NCBI GenBank assembly: GCA_040776945.1
Contig: JAXGZN010000001.1
Span: 473,545-537,544 of the forward strand
Source: Methanomassiliicoccaceae archaeon
GTDB lineage: Archaea > Thermoplasmatota > Thermoplasmata > Methanomassiliicoccales > Methanomassiliicoccaceae
Direction of reading: 5' to 3'
Length of the DNA: 64,000 nucleotides
Under the pieces are notes generated by a model. That model did no database searches and was not told where the DNA came from. It saw only the letters and a program-made list of their open reading frames with translations. A program made the translations under genes and the position numbers. Shown one piece after another: positions 8,856 to 16,481 of this stretch. Numbering within the stretch: the first letter of the stretch is position 1; every line of letters starts with the position of its first letter.

Positions 8856-8874
8856 CTCCCATTTCGATGCGGTG

Positions 8875-9240
8875 ATGGATGGGACGATGGGGTCGAAGTT
8901 CGTAGCCATATGCAAGGGTTGCGGGTTCAGGTCAGAGGAGCTGTACGCGGGCTTCGGGTTCCAAGGGGCAGGGGACCATTACATGTGGCCGTCGATATGC
9001 CCCAAGTGCCGAAGCTTCGGCCTTAAGGACCAGAGGCATCCGCCACAGCGTTGCCGCCGGTGCAAGGCCGAGGTCGTGTTCTACGGTTCGGAGGACTTCT
9101 CGAAGAAGTACTTCCCAGACATAACCAAGGTGGAGCCGGTCGGCGAGGACACCTCGCAGAACATCCTTGATGGGAGGCATGTCTGCCCTGAGTGCGGCAA
9201 GGTGGCCCTTATCTTCGAGTCGAGGGGGGACTGGTCGTAG
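8875..9240 (+). CDS. double zinc-ribbon protein (four CxxC pairs)
   Basis: CKGC, CPKC, CRRC and CPEC are spaced as two zinc ribbons. Start 8875 is chosen from TATA spacing. The track start 8734 is possible but shares wobble positions with an antisense ORF, so GC3 cannot discriminate between them. Confidence 0.6.
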   Translation: MDGTMGSKFVAICKGCGFRSEELYAGFGFQGAGDHYMWPSICPKCRSFGLKDQRHPPQRCRRCKAEVVFYGSEDFSKKYFPDITKVEPVGEDTSQNILDGRHVCPECGKVALIFESRGDWS

Positions 9241-9467
9241 TCCGGTCACTTGATTGGAAGATAGGTCGGAGACCTGCCTTCCCCGATTTTATATTCATCT
9301 AATTATCTACGCTGCATCAGGAGACAATAGCGAACTTTCCGCCTTTCGCGCGGTAACCGTATTTATATGGCGGTTACAGAACGTTGCCTGATGTTCTACG
9401 GGGCAGGCAGGGGCGAAGCTAAGGAAGGACCGACCTCGGCCTTTGGTACCGTTGAGGAGATGCTCGC

Positions 9468-9722
9468 ATGACGCGGGGCTTTCCAATTTTAAAACTGGCG
9501 GGAACGGTCCTGTTCATCCTTGGAAGCATTGTGATGGCGTTCTCCATCGTCGGCCTGGTGCCCGGCGATCAGCCGGCTGAGGCAGGAGCGGCGATGTTCA
9601 CCTATCTGGTCATCGACATACTGATGCTGTTCATGGCCACGTTCATGGTCTCCGCCGGCATGTTCTTCTACATCTATGGAGGGACATGGAGGTCCAAGGA
9701 ACCCAGGCATAGGAGGCACTGA
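9468..9722 (+). CDS. small membrane protein (2-3 predicted TM helices)
   Basis: It has hydrophobic segments (LAGTVLFILGSIVMAFSIVGLV; YLVIDILMLFMATFMVSAGMFFYIY) and a basic C-terminus. No family is recognised. Confidence 0.5.
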   Translation: MTRGFPILKLAGTVLFILGSIVMAFSIVGLVPGDQPAEAGAAMFTYLVIDILMLFMATFMVSAGMFFYIYGGTWRSKEPRHRRH

Positions 9723-9826
9723 CCCGGAACGCCCGGTCATCAAGGTCTCGGTTTTGGAAGGGACGGTCGATTGGGACGAAAGGACCGTCCGTCGAGGACC
9801 GAGCCATGCATGCTGGCTCTCAGCGA

Positions 9827-9854
9827 AAAGGATATAGACCAGAACGATATATGG
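9827..9854 (+). promoter_or_regulatory. TATA-like elements upstream of tRNA-Val
   Basis: AAAGGATATAG (9827-9837) and GATATATGG (9846-9854). The latter is centred about 23 nt upstream of the tRNA 5' end. Confidence 0.4.
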
Positions 9855-9872
9855 ACAAATCCCGCTTGTGAC

Positions 9873-9945
9873 GGGCTCATGGTCTAGTGGCTATGACGTC
9901 TCCCTGACACGGAGGAGATCGCCGGTTCGAATCCGGCTGAGCCCA
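9873..9945 (+). tRNA. tRNA-Val (anticodon GAC)
   Basis: Cloverleaf by hand: acceptor GGGCTCA/TGAGCCC; anticodon stem TCTCC/GGAGG with loop CTGACAC; T arm GCCGG-TTCGAAT-CCGGC; discriminator A. It is 73 nt with no encoded CCA and no intron. Confidence 0.9.
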
Positions 9946-10178
9946 CTTCCCTCATCCACCTTCTCTCAGTTCGTGTTCAGCGCCTGGACAGGCGCTCATG
10001 CTGCGGGTTGGCCGAACATTCGTGGCCGTCCAGTCCTTGCACCGGCGGTCTTATCTTTCGACCATTGCTCCGATGGGCTCTAACCGAACGATATTATGCG
10101 GATGCCTGAGAGGCCGCCCATCCCCCCTTTATGCTCGGCCCCCTGGCCCATCCCATGGTCGATTGTGCAGAGGATCGC

Positions 10179-10880
10179 TCATTTCAGGTCATCCGTTCGG
10201 TTGAACCCGACCTCGACGTGCGTGCCGTCGCAAAATGGCATGCGCTTGGACCGGCCGCATCGGCAAAGCGCGGCGCTGTTCGCGGTAAGGTACGGCTCGC
10301 CGTCCGCGCCCTCGATGACTATGCCGCCCTTGACCCATAGCGGCCCGCTTATCTTGCGGCTAGGGTCCTCGGTCACGCTGATCGACCTCTCAATCTCCCG
10401 CTCGATCGGAGCGCCCTCGATCTTATCGTAGATCACCAACCTCCCGGCCGGACACTGTCCCGCGATCTCGATGGCGAGGTCCCTCTTCTCCTTGTTCCCG
10501 GAGTCAGCTATCAGCCGTCCGATCCCGCCCTCCCTCTGGCAGAACTGGGCTCGAGCGCAGGGGGCAGCATTGGGGTCCATGTCCACTCCAGGACCTTTGA
10601 TCAGCCGAGGCTTCTCGCGGCGGGTTCGACGCACTGCCGTTTCCGTCCCGTCGAACTTCGTGGCCGCATGCGAGCCGTCGCAGTACGGTGAACTCTTGGT
10701 CTGCCCGCATCGGCAGAGCGCGTAGCGCTCCTTGAGCGGATACTCGGCCACCTTTCTCCACTTTGTCGGCGGCCGGTCGCCCTCCCGGACCGCGGCCTCC
10801 CTGATCAGGGGGACATTGCCGATCACCATGTATGGTCCGTCCTTGACCACCCTTATCCTGGCGTCCTTGTTGGATGACAT
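10179..10880 (-). CDS. CDGSH iron-sulfur domain protein (two CDGSH motifs)
   Basis: CRCGQTKSSPYCDGSH and CRCGRSKRMPFCDGTH flank a Cys-containing middle segment. ATG at 10880 is preferred over the 54-codon extension in the track. Confidence 0.8.
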   Translation of the reverse strand: MSSNKDARIRVVKDGPYMVIGNVPLIREAAVREGDRPPTKWRKVAEYPLKERYALCRCGQTKSSPYCDGSHAATKFDGTETAVRRTRREKPRLIKGPGVDMDPNAAPCARAQFCQREGGIGRLIADSGNKEKRDLAIEIAGQCPAGRLVIYDKIEGAPIEREIERSISVTEDPSRKISGPLWVKGGIVIEGADGEPYLTANSAALCRCGRSKRMPFCDGTHVEVGFNRTDDLK

Positions 10881-10938
10881 GCTGTCGTTCCCCTGACCGC
10901 AGATGCTTAGAACGGTGATATCTCTTTCCCATGCGTGG

Positions 10939-10945
10939 AAAAAAA
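10939..10945 (-). terminator. oligo-T (T7) tract downstream of the GH5 gene
   Basis: The plus strand reads GGAAAAAAAGGG, giving T7 on the coding strand 57 nt after the GH5 stop. This is the archaeal oligo-T terminator style. Confidence 0.35.
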
Positions 10946-11001
10946 GGGCGAAGAAATGGTTTGCCAAGAGGTTTGGCGTGAGGGCGAGGGCTGACCCATG
11001 C

Positions 11002-12894
11002 TCACCTGATCCTCCGGGAGACCCAGAAGTACATCCCGGCAAGGGCTGCGGTGGCCGCCATCGATATCATGGCCAGCGAGCTTTCTCCGTCCGGTCCACC
11101 AAGCACGTAGGTGGACTCGGAGAACGACGACGCTGAGCTCATGGACACCGGCTTTGCCAGCGAGGATGGTATGCCATGCGGGGGCGCTCTGAGCCAGCCG
11201 AAGAAGTTCTTCATCCAGCTAGAGCGCCAGGAGGTCACCGTCCGAGGCTTGGGGTCGCTGGCGGCGGTGCTGCCTCCGCCTGAGGGGCTCTCAGGAACAG
11301 GCTTTGCGTCGGGAGCATCGTTCTTGGCCTCGTCCTCGGCCGACGGAACGGTCTGGTCCGACGGTGGTGTGGTCGCATTGGTCGTTTCCTCGGTACCGTT
11401 ATCGCTCAAAGCCGGCTCGCCATCATTCCCAGGCGCAGGGGTCGTGTTGCCCGCCTCCGGCGATGTTGGCTTAACTGGAGGCGCGGGGGGCGCAGGAGGC
11501 GCGGGGGGCGCGGGAGCCTCAGTGACGGTCAGAGCGAACTCTTGAGATATCGCCCTTCCATCGGCGGCCTTCGCGGTCACCTTAACATAGTAAGTGCCGG
11601 CCTGTGACGGAGTGCCGGAGATAATGCCGCCGTTCACCGATAGGAATTTGGCATTCGTGGTCAGTGAAAGGGTCGTTGAGATCGAGGTTGTAACACTGTA
11701 GGCGTACCGTGATCCGGCCTGAACGCTCGTCGGCGGAACGGAGGTGAACTTCAGCTCCGGCAGAGGGGCGCTGGTAACTGGATCGGGGAGGAGCCCTCCA
11801 GTGTATGGATATTTGGGGGTGCCGGTCAGGACCATCGTGCCTATCATCTGCCCTCCGGCGTTCCAGATGCTCTGCTCACCAAAGGTGTAGCGGGTGAGGG
11901 GGTATACACCGTTGTAGCCAAGCTCTCCCCAGTACAGGGGCTTGCCCGCTGCCCGGGCCCAAGCCTCCGGATCGCTGAACAAGTAAGCGTTGCTCGATCC
12001 CGTGGCCGAAGCGTAGTAATGGCGGTGCAGGATCTCGAACCCGCAGGACCCGGTGGCGAGGTTGAAATCGTTCTGGCCCCAGCTGAACATCTTGCCGAGC
12101 CCGGCAACGCCCATGGTCCTAGGATGCGAGGATACGCCGGCGGTCGCTGCGGCCACCGCCTTGGCCCAGTTGTTGAAACCGACCTTTCCGCCGTGGCTGC
12201 TCCAATAGTTGTTGTATACCAGGTCATGGTCCGGCTCGTTGAACATGTCATACATGAAGATCGCATTCTGCCCGTCCAGGGCCTTCATGGTGTCCTTGAC
12301 GTACGCGATGTAGTTGGAGTAGGCGCTGCTCGAGGTATCGAAGACCGAGCCAGAGCCGCCATATGTGTAGGTCGGGTACTCTTGGGAGCCGGCCATGACG
12401 AAGCACAACCATACACCATGCTGCTCGGCCTCCTCGCACATGGTCTTCAGGAGGCTGAAGTAAGCATCGCGGTGGTGCAGCCATGCCTCATATTGAAGAG
12501 ATGATCCCCACTTGTCACCGGCGCCCATCCTGACAAGGTCGCAGTCGTAGTAGGCAGTTATGGCAAAGTACTGATGCCAGAACTGCTTGGCGGTCTCGTG
12601 GTAGGGTATGTACCCTTGATTGGAGGTGTCCGGTCCGTTGAGGTGCGATGTCTTCCCTGCGAGGGCCTTCTCACCGTTGATGTACGCGACGATGGCCCAC
12701 TGCAGGGCGGTCGTCTCCACCACGCCGAAGAACTTCTCCGACGTGGGCTGTCCATTGATCAAGATGCTCGTGCCCGACACGCTGACCCGGCCATATGGCG
12801 CCGTGGCCGATGCGGAAGGCGCGTCGAGTATGACCATCGTTCCGGGCAGCAACAAGGCGATGACCGCCAGCGCTACCGCTAACTTGCGATTCAT
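11002..12894 (-). CDS. secreted, membrane-anchored glycoside hydrolase family 5 (clan GH-A) protein with Ig-like domain
   Basis: It has a signal-like N-terminus (MNRKLAVALAVIALLLPGTMVILDAPSASA), the GH5 acid/base block MYDMFNEPD, HRHYY, and a nucleophile block YWGELGY. An Ig-like segment (ISGTPSQAGTYYVKVTA) follows, then a PAPPAPPAPPAPP linker, a Thr/Ser/Pro-rich stalk, and a C-terminal TM helix plus RRIR. Confidence 0.8.
   Translation of the reverse strand: MNRKLAVALAVIALLLPGTMVILDAPSASATAPYGRVSVSGTSILINGQPTSEKFFGVVETTALQWAIVAYINGEKALAGKTSHLNGPDTSNQGYIPYHETAKQFWHQYFAITAYYDCDLVRMGAGDKWGSSLQYEAWLHHRDAYFSLLKTMCEEAEQHGVWLCFVMAGSQEYPTYTYGGSGSVFDTSSSAYSNYIAYVKDTMKALDGQNAIFMYDMFNEPDHDLVYNNYWSSHGGKVGFNNWAKAVAAATAGVSSHPRTMGVAGLGKMFSWGQNDFNLATGSCGFEILHRHYYASATGSSNAYLFSDPEAWARAAGKPLYWGELGYNGVYPLTRYTFGEQSIWNAGGQMIGTMVLTGTPKYPYTGGLLPDPVTSAPLPELKFTSVPPTSVQAGSRYAYSVTTSISTTLSLTTNAKFLSVNGGIISGTPSQAGTYYVKVTAKAADGRAISQEFALTVTEAPAPPAPPAPPAPPVKPTSPEAGNTTPAPGNDGEPALSDNGTEETTNATTPPSDQTVPSAEDEAKNDAPDAKPVPESPSGGGSTAASDPKPRTVTSWRSSWMKNFFGWLRAPPHGIPSSLAKPVSMSSASSFSESTYVLGGPDGESSLAMISMAATAALAGMYFWVSRRIR
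11477..11512. repeat. 18-nt tandem duplication (2 copies) inside the GH5 linker
   Basis: GGAGGCGCGGGGGGCGCA is followed by GGAGGCGCGGGGGGCGCG. It encodes the PAPPAP repeats on the minus strand. Confidence 0.8.
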
Positions 12895-13073
12895 ATTAAT
12901 CAACCATTCCCTCACGCGATTACTTTCTCGAAGACCGGGCCGTAGGGTACTTGAACATTTCTTCAACAGAAGCTAAATAAGATTCTGAGAATATAATTTG
13001 ATAAATATTAATTTCCGGAACCACGTCCTTTCTGAGAAATACCAGCCAGCTCGTTATGATAGGGGCGTGGTTA

Positions 13074-14156
13074 TCAGGACTCACCAGCGATAATGATGTC
13101 TCTCCCCTGTACTATCCCTAGAATGTAGGCCCGTGCCCGCTCCATCTCTGTGGTCCATTCAGGAAGGGCGTCGTATCTTCTCCGCGCCTGGGCGGACATC
13201 TTCGCCCTTATTGCCGGATCGAGGAGCGCTTCGAGCGAGGAAGCGATGCCTTCCGCATCCCCTCCGCGGGCCAGGAAGCCTTCCCGGCCATGAGAGACGA
13301 TCTCCCTCGCCCCGCCGGAGGCCGGTGCGATCACCGGCAGGCCGGCCGCCATGGCCTCCACGATGACAAGGCCATAGCCCTCATGATAGGACGGAAGCAC
13401 CAGGACGTCAGATGAACGTATTATCTCGTCCCGGTCCCGGTCGGAGAGGTGTCCGTGGAACCGCACTGTCTCCTGGAGCCCGGAGGATGCCACCTGGCGG
13501 CCGACCGATAGCATATACTCCGGGTCCAGGGGGGTTCCCACGACGTCCAGGGTGAGCGAGGACCGGGGCAGGGAGGCGGCGGCGCGGACCAGGACGTCGA
13601 GGCCCTTGTGAGGCAGGATGTTGCCGAGGTACAGCGCGCGCAGCGGTCCTGTCCTCGGCGGTCGGGGCTCTGCCGGCGATACGTGCTCCTTCCCTGGATG
13701 GGCTACCGCTCCCTCTGCCCCAAGGACCAATGATCTCACCGAAGCCCTGGTGGCCCAGCTGTTGAAGATGAAGCCATCGGCAGAGCGAAGATAGCGGCGT
13801 TCCAAGAGCCGATGTCTCGCAGCATTGGAGGGGCACCTGTCGGCCAAGCAGGTTAGATGATGGACGATGGAGATAATCGGTACGACCGAGGAACGGCGGA
13901 ACCGCTCATTGAGCAGGCACAGCGAGGGGTGGCTCAGCTCATCCTGCAGTATAGCGTCAGCGTCGATGGCAAGCATCCGCCTCAGGAGCCGAGGGTCAAA
14001 GTTGTCGATGAGCCCAGCGACCGGCGGCCTCGAAGGGATGGAGATGACCTCGACGTTATCGCCTCTCGAACGGAGGTGCCTGACCAGCATCCGGTCGTAG
14101 AGGTAGCCGCCGGTGGGCGTGTCCAGGCCACCGTAGATCATGAGGCCGAGCCTCAT
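13074..14156 (-). CDS. glycosyltransferase family 4 (GT-B, group 1)
   Basis: C-terminal EGYGLVIVEAMAAGLPVIA block. ATG at 14156 overlaps the upstream stop as ATGA. The track's 56-codon extension is Gly/Pro/Arg-rich. Confidence 0.85.
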   Translation of the reverse strand: MRLGLMIYGGLDTPTGGYLYDRMLVRHLRSRGDNVEVISIPSRPPVAGLIDNFDPRLLRRMLAIDADAILQDELSHPSLCLLNERFRRSSVVPIISIVHHLTCLADRCPSNAARHRLLERRYLRSADGFIFNSWATRASVRSLVLGAEGAVAHPGKEHVSPAEPRPPRTGPLRALYLGNILPHKGLDVLVRAAASLPRSSLTLDVVGTPLDPEYMLSVGRQVASSGLQETVRFHGHLSDRDRDEIIRSSDVLVLPSYHEGYGLVIVEAMAAGLPVIAPASGGAREIVSHGREGFLARGGDAEGIASSLEALLDPAIRAKMSAQARRRYDALPEWTTEMERARAYILGIVQGRDIIIAGES

Positions 14157-14533
14157 GCCGGCGCTCCCTCGTAATCGGCCCATGCTGCCTGGTCCTCCCA
14201 TATCTTGACCGAGATCGAGACCGAGGGATTTCCTAGACGGTCCCTGAGGCGATCGTGCACCTCCCGCGAGAGGTTCTCCAGGGACGGCGGCAAGACATGG
14301 AACTCCGGCAGCTCGTTGAGGCACCGCCCCTCGTACCGTTCAAGGACGACGGAGAGAGCGGCCTTCAGCTCGTCTATGTCGATGAGATATCCTTTTCCGT
14401 CCAGTTCCCGGCCGGCAACTGTCACTTCCACGAGATAATCATGGGAATGTTCCTTTTGTTCACGGGACGATGCTTGGGGAAGGTAGTGTCGAGAGCGGAG
14501 CCTCGAGCTGAGCCCGGTCCGGTACAAGCTCAA
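14153..14533 (-). CDS. 6-pyruvoyl-tetrahydropterin synthase / QueD family protein (COG0720), Glu at the catalytic-Cys position
   Basis: SRHYLP...EQKEHSHDYLVEVTV...GYLIDIDELKAAL aligns by eye with E. coli QueD AHRLP...KCGRLHGHSFMV...GWIIDFAELKAAF. The Zn-ligand His residues are kept, but the Cys four residues before HxH is Glu. Confidence 0.8.
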   Translation of the reverse strand: MSLYRTGLSSRLRSRHYLPQASSREQKEHSHDYLVEVTVAGRELDGKGYLIDIDELKAALSVVLERYEGRCLNELPEFHVLPPSLENLSREVHDRLRDRLGNPSVSISVKIWEDQAAWADYEGAPA

Positions 14534-15561
14534 TCCTCCGGATACTCCAAGATGACCTGGATCGCGTCACCGGCGTTCTCATCGAGCAGCCTATAGGCCG
14601 AAGGGGCTTTCCCGAACGGCATTCGGTGAGTGATGAGCCTTGACGGCCTGAGGCGGGCGACGGTCCGCCAGGCCTCCTCAAGCCTGCGCTCCTTGGTCCA
14701 CCGGGGGGACAACGGACCTCCGACAGTGCTCACCTGGCTGCTTATGATCCTAAGCCGCCGGCGGTGGAAGTCCTCTCCCAGCGGGCAACGGGGCGCATGG
14801 TTGCCGTACCATGAGCCCACGATTATCCGCCCTTCCACGCCGCACAGGCGGGTCGCCAGCTCCAAGGCATCAGGGTTTCCGGTCAGCTCGATCACCAGGT
14901 CCGCTGGCCTGCTCTCCAGACCGGCCGTTTCCATCAGACCGGATGGCCCCTGGCGGGGATCGAGGCTCGCGTCCGCGCCCATGGCCAAGCTCCTTTCCCT
15001 TCGCAGCGGCATAAGGTCCATGGTTACCAGTTGAGAGAGCGGAAGTAGCGCGAGCACTGCCGTTGTCAGCAGACCTATCGTTCCCTGTCCCATCACGATC
15101 GCCCTCTCGCCTACCAGAGGAGCGGCGTCCATGACCAGTGACAGGGCCGTCTCGGTCGCCGGCAGCATGACCGCGTCCTCAACGCTGATGCCTGAAGGCA
15201 CTGGAACGAGCTCGCTCAGAGGGGCGTTGAACAGGCTCTCATGGCTGTGGAAGCTGAACACGGTGCGTCCCTCCCAGCCGGTCGGAGCGCCATCGCCGAG
15301 TGGCTCAACGGTCCCCACGGTAGCGTACCCGTACTTGAACGGTCGGCGCAGGCCCTCCCGAAGCGTCGGGATGGTTGTGTCAAGGGGCGTCCCCTCGTTG
15401 ACATGGCCGCGGTAGAACAACATCTCCGTGCCGGCACTGATGGCCGATATTAGGCTACGCACCCTCACTTCACCTGGCCCGGGGTCCGGTACCTCCTCCC
15501 GGCAGAGCGTCACCTCCCGGGGAGCGTTGAAGTAGAGCGACGTCCGCATGTTCCTCTGCAC
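14530..15561 (-). CDS. medium-chain dehydrogenase/reductase (zinc-type alcohol dehydrogenase-like) family oxidoreductase
   Basis: MDR layout: GroES-like N-terminus (GPGEVRVRSLISAISAGTE) and a Rossmann segment (VMGQGTIGLLT). The stop overlaps the PTPS-like start as ATGA. Confidence 0.75.
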   Translation of the reverse strand: MQRNMRTSLYFNAPREVTLCREEVPDPGPGEVRVRSLISAISAGTEMLFYRGHVNEGTPLDTTIPTLREGLRRPFKYGYATVGTVEPLGDGAPTGWEGRTVFSFHSHESLFNAPLSELVPVPSGISVEDAVMLPATETALSLVMDAAPLVGERAIVMGQGTIGLLTTAVLALLPLSQLVTMDLMPLRRERSLAMGADASLDPRQGPSGLMETAGLESRPADLVIELTGNPDALELATRLCGVEGRIIVGSWYGNHAPRCPLGEDFHRRRLRIISSQVSTVGGPLSPRWTKERRLEEAWRTVARLRPSRLITHRMPFGKAPSAYRLLDENAGDAIQVILEYPED

Positions 15562-15632
15562 GTCCGCTCTATTGGCAGCGGCCTGGTCATGTACCTATCG
15601 GGACCCGGCGGACAACATGGCCTGCTCCAACG

Positions 15633-15640
15633 TTTATTAT
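15633..15640 (+). promoter_or_regulatory. TATA-like box (TTTATTAT)
   Basis: It is centred about 27 nt upstream of ATG 15664. Confidence 0.4.
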
Positions 15641-15663
15641 CTCCCGGGGCCATTCGATAGTCC

Positions 15664-15852
15664 ATGGTCACGGAGGATCGGGGCATCAAGGAACGATGCC
15701 TTTGGCATGCCGTTGACGGGCGGTGCGCCAATTGCAAGGCCAGGCGCATCCGGAACGATGTTATGAAGATGAAGGACTATGAGATATGTGAGAAGGAGCG
15801 GGACTACGAGGGGTGCGAGTTCTTTGTCGAGAAACCGATCATCAAGAAGTAG
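15664..15852 (+). CDS. Cys-rich mini-protein (62 aa)
   Basis: GC3 is high, with five Cys (C12, C21, C24, C42, C51). The TATA sits at leaderless distance. The stop lies 6 nt before the HEAT-repeat gene. No family is recognised. Confidence 0.45.
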   Translation: MVTEDRGIKERCLWHAVDGRCANCKARRIRNDVMKMKDYEICEKERDYEGCEFFVEKPIIKK

Positions 15853-15858
15853 GGCGCC

Positions 15859-16404
15859 ATGAACCGGGACGACATGCTGGACCTGCTGGAGAACCTGCTG
15901 CGGGACGATGAAAGGGATGGGGCGCTGGAGGAGCTGGAGCGCCGATCCCGGGACGGATGCGCGGATGCGCGGGTGGTGACCTACCTGATACCTGTCCTTC
16001 ACGTCCAGGACGTGAGGCCTAGGCGCAGGGCGTCCTGGTTGATGGCCAAGATGGCGCAGAACAAGACGGCCACCTTCTGGCCACTAGAAGAGCTGAACGG
16101 CCTGCTCCACGATGAGGATGCAGAGGTCCGAGAGAACGCCGCGTGGGCCATTGGGGAACTGACCAGCATGAGGGTCGGAGGGCTCGGCAGCATCGAACGC
16201 CTCAACCGCCTGCTCAGCGACCCGACGCCGAGCGTCAGGGGAATGGCCGCATGGGCCCTGGGCCGACTGGCGGAGCGGATGGGCATGGGCTTCCAATCGT
16301 CAATGGCACCGCTGAGGAGGCTCCTGGACGATCGCTACGATGGCGTGCGGAGGAACGCCCAGTACGCCCTGGACCGGCTAAAGGCGGCGGGCGTCGACGA
16401 ATGA
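15859..16404 (+). CDS. HEAT-repeat (PBS-lyase type) protein
   Basis: It carries repeated DxxxxVRxxAAWALGxL units (EDAEVRENAAWAIGEL, DPTPSVRGMAAWALGRL, DRYDGVRRNAQYALDRL). Confidence 0.75.
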   Translation: MNRDDMLDLLENLLRDDERDGALEELERRSRDGCADARVVTYLIPVLHVQDVRPRRRASWLMAKMAQNKTATFWPLEELNGLLHDEDAEVRENAAWAIGELTSMRVGGLGSIERLNRLLSDPTPSVRGMAAWALGRLAERMGMGFQSSMAPLRRLLDDRYDGVRRNAQYALDRLKAAGVDE

Positions 16405-16481
16405 GCGCTTCCGCATTCCTACCGCTCCGATGGTCAAGTTCATTAGCGGAACTCTCATAGGGCTCTCCGAGGTGTCAGCAC

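Noticed and set aside
8318-8915. ORFs 8318-8698(-), 8499-8756(+) and 8544-8915(-)
   Set aside because: They mutually overlap, have poor or ambiguous composition and share wobble positions. The region is better explained as non-coding (see the RNase P RNA candidate) plus the promoter of the zinc-ribbon gene.
9946-10178. Integrated mobile element at tRNA-Val
   Set aside because: The window contains no integrase, no direct repeat of the tRNA 3' half that I could find, and no phage or plasmid genes. The downstream block is only described as accessory-looking.
11002-11100. PGF-CTERM/archaeosortase sorting signal at the GH5 C-terminus
   Set aside because: A C-terminal TM helix followed by RRIR is present, but the PGF tripeptide is not (the sequence reads GGPDGESSLAMISMAATAALAGMYFWVSRRIR). 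Only a generic C-terminal anchor is claimed.
11477-11512. CRISPR-like or minisatellite repeat
   Set aside because: There are only two 18-nt copies, with no spacers, lying inside a coding Pro/Ala linker. No CRISPR array or cas gene occurs anywhere in the window.
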